Source: Microbotryum violaceum
Taxonomy: Eukaryota
NCBI GenBank assembly: GCA_001244265.2
Contig: CDLV01000010.1
Coordinates: 1,488,001-1,552,000, forward strand
DNA: 64,000 nt
Direction: 5' to 3'
Notes under the pieces: model-generated
What the model was told of the DNA's origin: nothing
The model's input: the letters and a program-made list of their open reading frames with translations, nothing else
Databases searched by the model: none
Program-made: the position numbers and the translations under genes
Shown here: one piece after another, positions 51,110 through 64,000 of the stretch
Numbering within the stretch: position 1 is the first letter of the stretch
How the letters are laid out: every line of letters starts with the position of its first letter

Positions 51110-53831
51110 ATGCACGCCGATCGTCTAGAAGAAGAGGTCAGTTACCCAGTTCATGCTCAGCTTGGCATACACATCTCATCGCCTCGCTTGACCCCCGACA
51201 GATGAACGCTCAAGCACGCGGAGAAAGGGCCGTGTGAGTCACGATCGTACACCTAGCCAGTCACTGGTGTACTGTACTCACTCTTCTCTCTGCTTTTCCG
51301 ATTTGACGCCAGTTCTGTACGCTCTTACGATTCACGTTCGAGCCATGCGAGGGCAGCACAGACGCAGAACACCGACCGTCCTTCGCACAGCACTAGCAGC
51401 AGGCACCACCGCAGTCACCGCGACGACGACGACGATCGTGATTCTTCCTACTCTAGCAGACGACGACGAAGGGAGCTAGCCGGCCCAGACTCATCTCCCC
51501 CTAGGCGAGAACGAGAACGAGAACGAGAACGAGAACGAGAACGAGAACGAGAACGAGAACGTGAACGTGAACGAGAACGTGAACGTGAACGACGCAGCCT
51601 CCCCCACGACGACGACGACGAAGAGTATCGTCGCCGCCGTCGAGCTTCCTATGATCGCACAGATCGAGAACGACCTCGCGACCCGGATCGTTACGAACCA
51701 GAACGCGAGCGTGAAACCGACCGCAGAAGGCTCAGCGATCACTACTATCCCCGTGATTCAAAAAGACGACGTTCGCGCTCGCGCTCACGAGATGCTTATG
51801 AACGCCCACGTCGGCACAGGGATGATTACGACGAACCCGAACGCGATAGACCCGAACGTCGCTATCCCGACGACCGACGAATGCGCGATGAGAGGCGTCA
51901 GCGCAGGTGAGCCCATATCACTTTTTGGGTCTAGACTACTTGTTGCGCGAACTGACCCACTTTGCGCGTACAGTCCTCCCCGTCGACGCCATTCTCCGAC
52001 CTACGATGATGAGCCGCGTAGCAACCGCCGCCGAAGGTCTCCCAGCCCCGAGTAAGCACCCACCACTCTCACGATTCAACTAGCCCAAACTGACCCGATC
52101 CTGCACATCTCGTTCAGACTGGATGAAGAGCAACGTGAGATGCGATCTGTTTTTGTCTCGCAACTGTCGGCCCGTGTCGGCGACCGTGAACTGGGCATCT
52201 TCTTTGAGAACCAGGCTGGCAAAGTCCGCGAAGCACGCGTGATCGTCGATCGCATCTCCCGCAGGTCCAAAGGGTGAGTAACAACTCGAGCGACTTTTGA
52301 CATTCCCCGTGCTGATCCATGTTGAGCCTACCTCTTTTTCAGTGTCGGCTACGTCGAATTCGTCGAACTGGAAACCGTGCAAAAGGCACTCACCCTCTCC
52401 GGCACCAAGCTCCTTGGAATCCCTATCGCCGTGCAGTACACCGAAGCTGAGAAGAACCGACAAGCTCGTGAACCGGGAGCCGTGGCCGCGGGCAACGCAC
52501 CACCTAGTGGTGCTCCTGCTACGCAAGGACAAGCTCCTCCGAATCAGTGAGTTGCCCTAGTCTCCAGGCCGGTCTTGTATGAAGAGATGAGCTGCTGACC
52601 CCAAAGCGATATGACACGTGTCAACAGGTCCACGTTATTGAACAGGCTCTATGTCGGCTCGCTCAACTTCGCACTGACCGATGAGGATGTTCGCCAGGTG
52701 TTTCAGTCCTTTGGCGAGATTGCCCGCGTTGATCTACATCGCGATGCCATCACCAACAAGTCCAAGGGTTACGCTTTTGTACAGTCAGTGGGGACAGACA
52801 TTTGTACATCCACGACGTGGTGGATAGATGTGCTGATGTGCAGATAGCCTCGACTGACAGGTTCAAAGAGATTGCGCACGCTCAAGAGGCGCTGGAAAAG
52901 ATGAACAACTTTGTCTTGGCCGGTCGTGAGGTATGTCCACGGTCGCGTCTCTAGGGTGCGGCGTGAACGTTTCTGAACCGGCATTTTCGCGTTCGATTTG
53001 ATCTATAGATCAAAGTCGGCGTCGTCGGTGATCGAACCATGTCCGCGAACCGAGGCGAAACCCAACTCCAACAAGAAGATGGTACGTCGAGCCGGCAGCC
53101 AATCGAGCACAAAAAGAGAAACGGCTTTCCTTTTTCCTTCTTTACCCGCGTTCAATTTCAATGATAGCTGATCGAGAAGCCGACGGAGGAGCGTGTACAG
53201 GTCCATCGTTGAACAACATTTCGAGGATCGAGCTGATGCAGAAGCTAGCGCGCAGTGATCAACCCGAGGAGATGGACGCGCTCAAAACTTCTGTGTGAGT
53301 GCTCGAGGAGCTGCTGTTTAGAGAGATCGGGAGCGCTGATCATTAGCTGTTTTGTGATTTGGATAGTCCCCGCCCCATCATCCCCACAGCGACGACTCGC
53401 AATGTGTGAGTCTCCGCAGACAATTGACAAGTTCAGCTTCCACCCAGCTGACCTCAAGCTCACACTTGTTCCTTCTTCAGTGTGATGGCCAACGCCTTCA
53501 ACCCGGAAGAAGAAACCGAGCCAGACTGGGACGTCGAACTGCGCGATGACGTCAAAGAAGAATGTCAAAACTCGTACGGCCCCATCTTGGACATTTATGT
53601 GCTCAAAGAATCTAAAGTAAGTTACTTTTCTTTCCAACGAGTTGGAGTGAGGTTATCGCGCTCACTCACGACTTTTGATGAGGGCGTTGTGTACAGGGCG
53701 AGATTTACATCCGTTTCGGAGCGGTGCAGGATGCGATCAAAGCGGTCGCGGGTTTGAACGGCAGGTTCTTTGGTGGGAATCAGATCACGGCCAGTCATAC
53801 GTCTGATCAATTGTTTGATGCTAAGAAATAG
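51110..53831 (+). CDS. RBM39/CAPER (Rsd1)-like splicing factor: RS/RE-rich region, two RRMs and a UHM
   Basis: [90 protein letters not shown]. Confidence 0.92.
51506..51590 (+). repeat. (GAGAAC/GTGAAC)n coding repeat encoding Arg-Glu dipeptides
   Basis: Hexamer array inside the RBM39-like coding region. Confidence 0.9.
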
Positions 53832-54602
53832 GCGATCAGTGTGTCGTGAGGGAAGCGCGGGGCGAGGAAGGAGGTGTGATCTTTGCTCGCTAGTGGGAGG
53901 GACTAGGTAAATCGAATCGTGGAGTACAAGTTCAGCTTCGGCGCTCTGTTTTATAAAATCGAGTCAGTTTTTGACTGCTTCTTGCCTAGGTACATTCCAG
54001 GTACATTGGTCTTTTGACAGTTTTTGAAAATGACGTGAAGACTCGTATCCCAACATTGTAGTTAGTCGATTTTGGAGATCGATCTCGTTTCCCGTCTTGA
54101 GTAATGCCCGGTGGGGTGGGAAACCCTTTTCAAACTGCCTGTGCTGAGCTCAGCTTGAAGAACAACACATTCGTGGAGTGGAAGCTGCCTGTTTTTGCCC
54201 GGTCGATCACATGATTACGAATCGACGGCGAAGATCCGTGCGTGCGAGTTGCGTGCGTCGATCAACCGTGTGCCCATCCATCATCAGCTACTCCCTCCCT
54301 CCCTCCCTCCTTCCTTCGCGACTCACGTCACTCGAAAGGTCTAGGCTCGCGGCTGTCTTTCCGACTGTCTCGAAAGTTCAGTTGTGCAAGGTGAGAGAGT
54401 TTGACCTTGCTACTGCTGAGTGGCAACGTGCTCGAAACTGATCGCCTGCCAGTTCGGCTCAATTGAAAGGGGGTCGGTCGTCCATTCCAAGGAGCTCGTA
54501 TTTGTCGACACGTTCGCTCAAGGAGTGAATCCACATCTGCAAAATCACATATCACAAAGCCCCATTCTTTAAAATCATCCTCAAGTCGTCAGTTAGACCA
54601 AG

Positions 54603-55688
54603 ATGAACAACAATCGCCCCTCGAACCCGAACCCAAATGCTCCCCCACCACTCAACTCATCCAACTCCTTCCACCGTCCTGCTCCTCCTCCCACTACTAC
54701 AACCCAAGCACCCTACCCGAACCATGAAGGGTTTTTCAACGCTAGTCCACCTCCACCTCAACTCGGGAACATGCCACCTCAAATGAGTTCAACACCTGGA
54801 GGTTACGCGGGAGGAGGAGGGAGTCCGATCACCCCTGGTGCTAGTATTAGTGTTGGAGGATATGGAACCCCAACCGGATCACACCTACTCGGATCACCTT
54901 TACAATCTATGACTACACCCCGGGTTGGAAGACCTCTTTTACCCACCTCTTCAAACTCGAACGGCGGCCCACCCGCTACCGTTTCGAATCCTTCGATAGC
55001 CACTTCCCCATTCTCAACTATCCCAACCACAGCTCCAACACCAATACCAACAGCATCAATTCCAAATTCTACCCCTAACCAATCCTCCAATCCCACTCTA
55101 GTACAACAACCCGCTCCACGTACCCGAGGACCAGGAAAGAATTCTCGAGCTTCCGCCGCCGCCGCCGCCGCCTCAGCCGCCGCTTCACATGCTCCTCCTC
55201 CTCCTACCAGTACTACTACTACTCATCATACTAATACTACAACAACCACGGCGGTTCATCATCATCATTTTTTGGAAGAAGATTATACCACTTTCGCTGA
55301 TATTCTCGATACGCTCACTTTTCGACAACTGGCGATTCAACGGTTCACCAAGAATCATGATTTTCTTCAAGAGGTTTTTGATCCTCGATTCGAGAGGGAT
55401 GGAAGGGTGGGTTTGAGGAGGAGGGAAGAGGAAGAGAGGGAGAGGGAGAGGAGGGGGACGTCTTCTTCTTATGATGGTCAGATGATGAACTTGGTTCCTC
55501 CTCCTCCTCCTTCAACGGGAACGAGTTGGATTACGCGGTTCGCTCATCCCGGGCAGAGTGGGGGTTTGAGTTTGGAAGAGAGGAGGAGCGCTTTGGAGAT
55601 TTTGAGGGATACTTCGAGGCGTGAGATGAAGGAGATGGAGAGGTATTACGAGATTTTGAGGAAGGAGATTCAGTTCACACCCACGTAG
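54603..55688 (+). CDS. Pro/Ser/Thr-rich protein with a C-terminal motif resembling SWI/SNF-RSC subunit Ssr4
   Basis: Intronless 361-aa ORF; EEDYTTFADILDTLTFRQLAIQRFTKNHDFLQEVF resembles the Ssr4 C-terminal helix from memory; coiled-coil-like end. Confidence 0.55.
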   Translation: MNNNRPSNPNPNAPPPLNSSNSFHRPAPPPTTTTQAPYPNHEGFFNASPPPPQLGNMPPQMSSTPGGYAGGGGSPITPGASISVGGYGTPTGSHLLGSPLQSMTTPRVGRPLLPTSSNSNGGPPATVSNPSIATSPFSTIPTTAPTPIPTASIPNSTPNQSSNPTLVQQPAPRTRGPGKNSRASAAAAAASAAASHAPPPPTSTTTTHHTNTTTTTAVHHHHFLEEDYTTFADILDTLTFRQLAIQRFTKNHDFLQEVFDPRFERDGRVGLRRREEEERERERRGTSSSYDGQMMNLVPPPPPSTGTSWITRFAHPGQSGGLSLEERRSALEILRDTSRREMKEMERYYEILRKEIQFTPT

Positions 55689-55772
55689 TACCCTACCCAC
55701 TGGGGCTGGCTTTGTATGCTTCGATTGCGTTTTGTTTGTTGTGGTTGTGCATTTGCAAGGTAAAGGATTCTC

Positions 55773-56974
55773 TCAGGATAACCCAGAGGTCGAGTGGGAA
55801 GTATTTGATGGGGAGGTGGAAGGTGGTGAACGGGCCATGACCCCTCTTGTCGGTGTTTTACGTGGTGTAGGCAATTGATCATGACCGGTCGACATTGATC
55901 CGCTCGCGATGCGCTCCACTTGATCCGCTCGTTCGATCGCTCGCGCATGTTCAATCTGTTGAACTCGACGTCTACCCCATTCCCGACAACACGCAAAACA
56001 GTGATGAGCTATGCTAACCCCAGCCTCCGTCTCGGTACAATGAGATTGTGAAAGAGGACTGACTTGATCGCTTCCCTCTTGGCCTCACTATCCTTCCTCG
56101 CTTCCCTCCTCGCCGTCTCCAATGCCAAACTCGCATCGCGATGTCTACGATCCTGCGCGACGGGCATCCAACCCGATTCGTTCGAAGTGGTCAAAGTAGA
56201 TGAGACGGACCATACGGCCAAAGGAGTAGCAAACATGGTCAAAGTAGCTAAAGCTAAAAAGATCGTTCCGTTACGTCCGAGTTGACCTTGATGTTTCCAA
56301 CCCGAAGAAGAAGAATTCGACGTTCCTGCTGTTGTTGAGCCTTCGCTTCCGTTGGGCGTTCTTCCCATCTTTGTCGGATCACTGGACCAAAATGAATTAT
56401 AAGGATCGGTCCAACCCGACGAGGAAGCACCGGAGGTATGCCAATCATAAGCCGAACTTGAATAAGTAGGTCGTCTAGCCGAACTGGCCATCGGTCTTCC
56501 ACGACGAAAATGAACTGGATAACCCATTGCGTCACCGTTCGGGTTAGGAAAATCACCACGGGAAGAGGAGGTCGAAGGTGGTCGAACCCATCCGTCACCG
56601 TAGGTTAGGTAAGCCGTTCTACGAGAAGGGTTACGTAATAATTCGTAGGCGGCGACGATTTGTTTGAATTCGGAAGAGCGGTCCGAAGTTGAAGCTCGTT
56701 GAGGTTGAGGATCGATAGTCGACTTCCCCTTTCCCTTCTCCTGCGTGTTCGATGATGATGAAGCGGCTTGTTGTTGTAGATCAGGATGATATAATTTGCA
56801 CAACTCGTAATATCTCGCTTTGACGCTCGAACTGGTCAACTTGTCGTCGGGGGAGAGGTGAAAGATCTCGAAAGGGGTTGGATAAGGGTTCGTAGGGAAG
56901 TGCAGATCGTGAGTTGAGGTGGTGTGGGTTGCGCGGAGGGAGCAAGAGGTGGACAATGCTCGACGACCCAACAT
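55773..56974 (-). CDS. Mitochondrial J-domain protein (Jid1-like)
   Basis: Presequence MLGRRALSTSC; PTPFEIFHL..VKARYYELCKLYHPD..EFKQIVAAYELLRNP; one C-terminal TM helix; last exon ends at 55773. Confidence 0.85.
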
Positions 56975-57352
56975 AGTTCGAACTCTGGAACGGACGGAAT
57001 GGGTGGGGTGCACGGGGATGGAGGAGAGTGAGTGCTGTGGTGCGATGTGATCGGGGCGCCGGCCGATAGTCAGGCGCTGCCCTCCGCTAAGGCTGGCGAT
57101 GACGACACGCGGCGATCGGACGGACTTGCCCGGAGCGGCTCCGACTCGCGACTCCGCGTCGGCGCGAACAACTGGCGCAGGAGCCGCCGAACGGGCTTGG
57201 GCAGGCTACTCGCAGGCTAGGGCAGGGCAGCCTTGGGCCGGGGGTGAGAGCGGGAGAGCGCGCAGCCGAGGCAGGCAGGGCGGGGTGGTTGGCCTCCTGA
57301 CTCCTCGATCAACCTCAACTCGACCGCGGACTCGGGCGTCACCCTTCCCATC

Positions 57353-58482
57353 ATGAATGTATCCGATTTGGAAACGTACGAGGTGAGTTCCTGAATACCT
57401 AGCCCGACTCTCATTGCCCTGCGTGTGGCTGACTCGTTCCTCCTCGCTTCTCCATCTCCACCTACCATCCCCCACTCACCACCTGCCACCCATCTCTCCT
57501 CCCCTCGCACAGTACCAACTATCGCAAATCAAACTCGCCCTAGTCAAACACCCGACCAACACCGACTACCTAACCCTCAAGGACGAACTGACCAGTCTAA
57601 TCGACCTAACCAAAGAATACCTCGATTCCGTCGCCGCCTCAACTTCAACTCCCTCTACGACCAAACCCTCAACTTTCACTACCGAACCACCTCAACCTAA
57701 ACCTCAACCCAAAGCTTCCACTTCCACTTCCCACCAACCCACTTCTACCTCCACCTCCACCTCCACCCCAACCTCCAAACCGACTTTTCAATATCAAGCC
57801 GGACAAGAATGTCTCGCCAAATATTCGGGCGATCATAAATACTATCCTTGTCGAATTACGACCGTTGGAGGTTCGGACGAGAATCGAGTTTTTAGTATCA
57901 TCTTTCATGGTTACGAAGCGACCGAAATCGTTTCTCTCAAAGAGTTGAAACCTTTACCTACCACGACTACTTCTTCCCAAACGGCACAAGTTGGAATGGG
58001 AGGTTCGGAAGGGAAGAAACGTTTGGGTCAAGTGGAGGACTTGGAAGCAACTGAGAAGGAGAGGAAGAGGAAAAAGTACGAGAAAAAGGCAGAGACGCAG
58101 GCGAATAAAACTCAGGAACAAGGTTTGAAACAAAAGAGTTGGCAGACGTTTGCGAAAAAGGGAGCCAAGAAGGGCGTCGTCATTCCGGGCATTCAAGGTG
58201 CGCAATTCCTTACGAGAGCTGGCTGTTGTGATAGGCAGGGGGGTGGGGGGATGGAAAATGCTGATACTCTTTCACTTTGACAGGTGCGAGTATGTTCAAA
58301 TCGCCCGAGGATCTGAACCCACAAGCCAGGGGTGAGTTCCCGATCACGTTCCCATCTTCCCATTGAACGCGTGGATGAACCGGACACTAATGATCTTCAA
58401 CGGCGAGTGCACAGTCGGCGTCGTCGGTTCGGGGAGGGGCATGACCAAATCGCTCGAAAAGAAGAAGCAGAGCTTTGTTTGA
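57353..58482 (+). CDS. SPF30: Splicing factor SPF30/SMNDC1 (Tudor domain)
   Basis: DLETYEYQLSQIKLAL..LKDELTSLIDLT, Tudor CLAKYSGDHKYYPCRI, QKSWQTFAKK, SMFKSPED..RVGVVGSGRGMT. Confidence 0.9.
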
Positions 58483-58901
58483 GTCGTTTTTTGGGGTGTT
58501 CCCATGCACCTATGTCTATGTGTGCATTCAAAATTGGATCAGGCTAACCCGATCTTGTCTCCACCTTCCCCTTTTCTTTTTCCTCGACTTTCTCGTTGAG
58601 ATCGGGTGACATGCTTTGACATGCTTTGTAATGTTAAAAGTAGGATTCATACCATACCAACATCGTCTGAGCCCGTCCCCTTCAAATATGGACTGTCATT
58701 GACTCGTGAGGAGAGCTGTTGGCCCAGGCCCAGGCCCAAAGCAACTTTTTCACGCCGGGAACCAATAAAACGTCTCCCTAGTTTACAACAAAAGCAAAAC
58801 TCGAACGGGATGTAAAAACCACTGCGAATACGAACACACACTATAACTTGAAACAAGCCCCATACCTATTCCCACCAAGAAAACGAAACCGAACGAGACG
58901 C

Positions 58902-60029
58902 TCAAGCCAGCATGGCCTGACGGCGTTCTTTCTGCCGTTCCGGTTCTTCTTCTGTGGTCGGATCGAGATGGACCCGAGTTGGCTCGGGTAGAATAGTTGT
59001 AGGTACGTGGGGGAGGTTGACTTTTTGATGTAGCTAAGTAAGGGAGGGGAAGCATGTAAGTTTATGAGATTCAAAAGTAGAAGACTTCTTTGAAAAAGAA
59101 GAAAAATAGGCGTACTTGTTCGGCTTGTAACGCTTCGAGTTCGGCCAAAACCTCGTCCTCTTCGTCGGCTGTAATCTTGCTCGATAAGATCTGGCTGACT
59201 TCCTATTTAATCAACCCACCCATAAATCATGACAGGACAAGATGTCAGTTTTTGCTCCGAAAGCCCCGTGTCCGCGCGGTACACGCGAAAAAGTTGCAGA
59301 ACGCTGAGGGCGCGTTGTTGCTTACTTCTTGATAAGCGATCGCTTCCGCCGTATCCGACATCAATTGTTCGACTTTGTTGAGGTCCATTTCTTGGTTGAG
59401 TTGTTTTAAAACTTCGTTCCCTTGTTGTAAACCGAAAAGGACTTGTTGTTCCACCAAGGAGAATTCAATCGATTGAACCTGGAGAATGAGAATTAAAAAA
59501 AAATTGAGCTCCCACAAGCTCGAATCCGAGTCAGAATAAAAGAATGACCAATTTTTGAAGCGTTTCCAATTGTTGGTCCGTTTGGGTTAATAAGGATTGT
59601 TGATATTTTTTTTGTCGAAGGGCGATGAGCGCACGGGATTTGTTGCCTTGTTGGAGAGCGAGAGAGGCGATTTCGGATTCGCGTAGGAGGACGACTTGGA
59701 TCTGCAGTGCAGTGGGGTGATGGAAGAGAGGGTTAAAGGAGGGATGAAAGGTGGAACTTGTTCGAAGAAGGTTGGAACGATCTTGATCAAAGGTCAACAT
59801 TAATTTACCCTTTGTTGAAACTGCCTCAGTTTATCCCTTTGCAATTTGAGGCTGTGGGGCGAAGAAATGGACTCAGTCGTTCACCCCCGAGATAAGATCA
59901 ACGCCGCCCCATACACGGAAAATCGCGGGCTAGTTCGTAGACTCTGCGGGTGCCGTTCCTTGGCGAGACTGACTCGAGTATGGACCTGTCCTGGGACGTG
60001 ATCTTGACTTTGCTGGGCGAGTTGCCCAT
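58902..60029 (-). CDS. VPS20: ESCRT-III subunit Vps20/CHMP6
   Basis: Myristoylation-type start MGNSPSK; ITSQDRSILDLKLQRDKL, ALIALRQKKYQQSLL, SIEFSLVEQQVLFGLQQGNEVL; MIM2-like LPHVP. Confidence 0.95.
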
Positions 60030-60518
60030 GATGGCTGCTGGTGACCCGGGTGACGAATGACGATGAAGGGATGGTCTGGTGTGAGGTAAGGTGAGGTGAG
60101 GTGGTGCGATGGTGTGAGGAGAGAGGAGAGAGGTGAGATTGATGAAAGGTGGACAGGTATGAGCTGACAGAGACGTGCAAAGAGCCGCGGAGACGGGGAC
60201 GAGCGGAGGACGGACACGCCCCCGTAATGATCGGACGAGTGAATTCAAACAAGTGGGGCGCATCTGATCGACAGCGCGCCGAGTTGTCGTACTTTTTGCC
60301 CTTGGCTTCCTTCACAGCCAATTACGTACACATCCTGGAGCAACAAGTGCACGCTCGATAACTTCTCGACGATTGTTTCCACTTGGGGGGCAAAGCCAGC
60401 CACAAGCTACACATCACTGCGAGACAGACCAGGAGCGCGGAAACCTCGTTGAACCAGGTCTACAGTCGAGACCACTTGTTGCAACAGTTGCCAGACGAAT
60501 ATCGCTCAAACCCGAATC

Positions 60519-61680
60519 ATGTACCGGCTTTTATCGGGCTTGATTGCCCATGCGTCCAAGAAGGAAGAGGTACGTCATCCTACCCTACACGTACGCTGCT
60601 CAACCGCTGACCGCCTCGTTCTTGTGTATGCAGTTCTCCGTCTTGATCATGGGCCTCGATAACGCTGGAAAGACCACATTCTTGGGTGAGCCTAGACCGT
60701 TCAGAATTCGATCCCCGGCGTTGGGGCTTGGCTCAGATATATTCAATTCCCGGCAATCGCACAGAGAAGATCAAGAGTCTCTTCAACGAGACGCCCGACG
60801 TCGATCCGGCTAGTATTGCGCCTACGATCGGGCAAAACAGTGCGTCATCTTGCTTTTCATTATGCACCGAACGCAGTGCTTACATTGTCGCATTGGACAC
60901 CGCTTTTCGAAACCCCCTTGTAGTCGGGAGAATCACACTCTCATCCTCGGTGCTACAATTTTGGGATTTGGGAGGTAAGCTCCTCTACATTCGACAAACC
61001 GTCTCTCGGATGACTCACCATTTATCTGATCCCATCACACCCAGGTCAACGCGACATCCGTTCCTTGTGGCCGAAATATTATTCGGAATGCCACGCCGTT
61101 TGCTTCGTCATCGACTCGACGGACCAAGACCGCATCGAGGAATGCTGGAACGTATTCGGTACGCTTCATTCCCCCCCCCCCCATATTCCCACCTTGATCA
61201 AAATGACTTCCCACACCCCCTCCCCCTCCCGCACAGAAACCATCGTAAGCGACCGACGCGTAGACGGCGTACCGACGCTTGTCCTAGCGAACAAACAAGA
61301 TGCTCAAGGCGCGATGCAAGTCGAGGACATCAAGCAAATGTTCAACAAATTGATCGTAGGCAAATTGAACGTGTCCGAAGGGGCAGTGATGCCGATTTCG
61401 GCGTTGAGAGGGTCAGTCTTGAGAGCGCGTTTTGGTTTTTTTTTCACTTTCGGTTGGGGGCGGGGGTTCAACTGAGAAGTGTTTTTTTTTTTTGGTGTGT
61501 GTGTGCGTTATAGGGATGGGATAAGGGAAGCTGTGCAGTGGTTGTTTGTGAGGGTGCAAAAGTGAGCCCGAAAAACAAATGTCACCTGTTTTACTCGACT
61601 GAATCGGGCTGGTCACTTTTTCGATCTACCTTGTTCGACACAGTTCCCGGCAAATGGCCAATTCGAAAACGAGAAGTTGA
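60519..61680 (+). CDS. ARL3: Arf-related small GTPase (ARFRP1 / yeast Arl3)
   Basis: MYRLLSGL N-terminus without Gly2; GLDNAGKTT, PTIGQN, FWDLGGQ, LANKQD, SALRG. A last exon at 61644-61680 gives VQNSR..; if that intron is retained the stop is at 61565. Confidence 0.92.
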
Positions 61681-62413
61681 AACTCGTTCTTTCCATCGAG
61701 CTCTCCCCCATCGTGCGAATTTCTGGCGATTTATTTCTTATGTTGTAATTTTGAGTTTGAAGAAGTAGTACCAGAACGGGAGGAGTAGAGAAAACCAAGA
61801 TCAACAAAGTTGAAGATGTATTTTGAATCAAGTGCGCTTGATAACTTTGCTAGGAAACAGAAGCTCGCACACATTGAACTTTATAAGCTGCAGGCGATCA
61901 AAGCCCTGACAAAAGGTCCGAAGGTTAGAGGCAGCCCATTCGAGCTTGGTTGAAAGGATGTGTGCAGTCGTCAACGATGCAGACCTCGACCTTTGTTAGC
62001 ACTTGGACCGACTTTTAGCTTTCAGCGGCGTGCGAGTCCGTACTTGGCGACCCTTTCAATTTACTCGGAGCAAGGAAATTGTCGTCATCGTTCATTGAAG
62101 ACCCCGACTTTCCCTTCTTCGTGTGCGTGTGCTTCATCTTCAAAGGTGGTTACTTTTTTAACATGAGAAATCCAAATACGTCCCTGCCTGTCCGTGGGGG
62201 GGAAAGTTGATCGCGGGCTTGGCTTCAGTGCGCTGCGCATGCGCTTGAGAGCGAGATCCCGCTACGCCAGCGTACGGAGGTGCGACAGGCAATCGAACGC
62301 TTTCGCCAACATTTCCGCAATCCTTTTTTACAACATTCGACTTTTATCTACACGGGGAAGTAAAAGCCGGAATCCGCAAGCGTTACGTATGCTCGGTCGT
62401 CTACGCACATTCA

Positions 62414-64000
62414 TCACTTGACCTTGACCTTTCGATCTCCTTCTTCCTCTGCGATTTCCTCAATGATCGGACCTCTCCTCTCTCCAACCACCTTCTCACT
62501 CCTTTGTTTCCCTTCCATCCCCTTCCTCTCACTCTCTATCCTCTTCATCTCCCACATGCCCGCCACTCCTCTGCCAACCCTCTCCACTTCCTCACCCAGT
62601 GACCTGAGCACCGAATCGCCCTCGCCCAATCTAGCGAGGAACGCGTAATAGAAACGCAATTTCATCGACGCCTGCTTCACCTCCGCCTTGATCCCTTTCG
62701 TATTCAAACCTTCCCCTCGTGTGAAGGAACCGAAAAAAGTTTCCAAATCCGCCAAAGCTGTCAAGGCGTTTGAGAAAGGATGATCATGAACGTTGATCAC
62801 TGGTAAAGGCGTAAGTAAATGAGCGACGTCTTGCGTGATTTGGAAAATTGTGGAGGGGTCTTCTTGGCTCTCGGTTTTGAATAGATTTTCGATCGGTTCT
62901 TTGATTGAAGAAAAGATAAAGGTTGAATGGGTTGTGAGGAATGGTACGAGGTGGAGGAGGACTCGATAGACTTCTTGGTGGTCCATCGTTGAGGGAATGA
63001 GGGTGGAGAGGGACGAGAGTGAGTAGGTGCGAACGACGTAGACGTAGGCTAGGCTGTGGGGAGCGAGAAACGTTTCAGTCAAAGTACTGAGAAGGTGGTA
63101 CAGTAGTTAGAAGGGCTTACAGTACTGCGACGATGTTGTTGAGCAGACCGGGGTCGACAAGGGGTCGACCATCCTCACCGAGTTTGAGTGGCGGCAACGA
63201 ATCGGGTGGTAGGATTGCCGGTCGTATTGTCTTCTTCTTCGTGAACGCGTTTTCTTCATCTTTGTTCTCCTCATCTTCTTCAACGACCACTCCCTCCGTC
63301 TCTTCCCACCACGGCTTCTTCAGTTCATCATGAGCCTCCATGAGGGCCTCGACTTTGGTCGAAACTTGCAACAAGTCCTCAAACTCTGCGCGTTGAGCCG
63401 GGGAGAGGTACTCCAACAATTGCGACGGTTCAATCGAATCTGTACGAACGATCCTTTCGAAGCGCGAATATAAATCCTAGATTGTTAAATCGATTCGACA
63501 AAGAAAAAGAGATCGGCGTACCTAAATCGACCCCTTTTAATTTGTCCAACATGCGTTGCGTCGTGACCTCATCATCTTCTTCTGCTTCATTCTCTTGACC
63601 CTGTTCTTTCTCGAATCGTTTCAACATTTCCATCATGGCTTTTTGTTCTTCCCGACTGGTGCCTTGCGAAGACCTAATTGCGTCGACGAGGGATTGTCGA
63701 TCAAAGGCTTCGGAACAGGTCGAGTGGGAAGGGGAACGGTAGCACGTTAGGGTGCAGTAGTGAAAGTTGCATGAGGGGCAAGTGTAGCGGCTGAATTGGG
63801 TTTGACAACTGTTGCAAACATGAGTTTGAGAGGGGTGTATGTCCAGGACGGGCGAGGGGTATGTAAAGAGGTCAGCAGGAGCGGGGTTTGCGAAAGGAAG
63901 GATCGTCAGAATTGCAGGAGCTGGGGGTTATGTTCAGCAGCACGTCGCGCCGAGGTGAGGTAGTGTAGTGCTGGTCTCGAGGTATAAGATAAGCTCGTTC
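62414..64000 (-). CDS. HIT-type zinc finger protein (ZNHIT2-like); 5' end unresolved or outside the window
   Basis: Exon near 63810-63660 encodes CQTQFSRYTCPSCNFHYCTLTCYRSPSHSTCSEAF; downstream MMEMLKRFE, LSPAQRAEFEDLL, PWW, LLNNIVAVL, KLRFY. Confidence 0.85.

Overview
This is eukaryotic, intron-rich, gene-dense DNA. The short GT-AG introns with CTGAC/CTRAY branch sites and the protein sequences point to a basidiomycete fungus, probably a Pucciniomycotina/Microbotryomycetes-type yeast (inference). I can support about 25 spliced protein-coding genes, mostly housekeeping: DUR3-like urea transporter, heme-thiolate peroxidase, mitochondrial bL36, YRB1, PEX2, CYC2-like reductase, complex I 75-kDa subunit, thiolase, AVT1-like transporter, MRE11, NPC2-like, APT1, HEM1, tricalbin, cyclophilin B, EMC7, PPIL2, DUG3, RBM39-like, Ssr4-like, JID1-like, SPF30, VPS20, ARFRP1/ARL3 and ZNHIT2-like. 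There are two non-genic islands. One is a ~3.9 kb transposon graveyard (7760-11670) with a perfect 48-bp palindrome, AAACC arrays, a decayed ORF resembling Harbinger-associated proteins and a decayed hAT transposase. The other is a ~2.2 kb fold-back element (34381-36590) that is almost entirely one palindrome with a ~10-nt loop, lying between the divergent HEM1 and tricalbin genes. Other notable points are an in-frame TAG in the peroxidase, a duplicated H-x3-C-G-C-x2-C motif in the bL36m presequence conserved at protein but not codon level, a start codon split by an intron (YRB1) and two GC-AG introns in PPIL2. Gene models were spliced by eye and family names come from remembered motifs, not database searches, so exon boundaries are approximate where stated.
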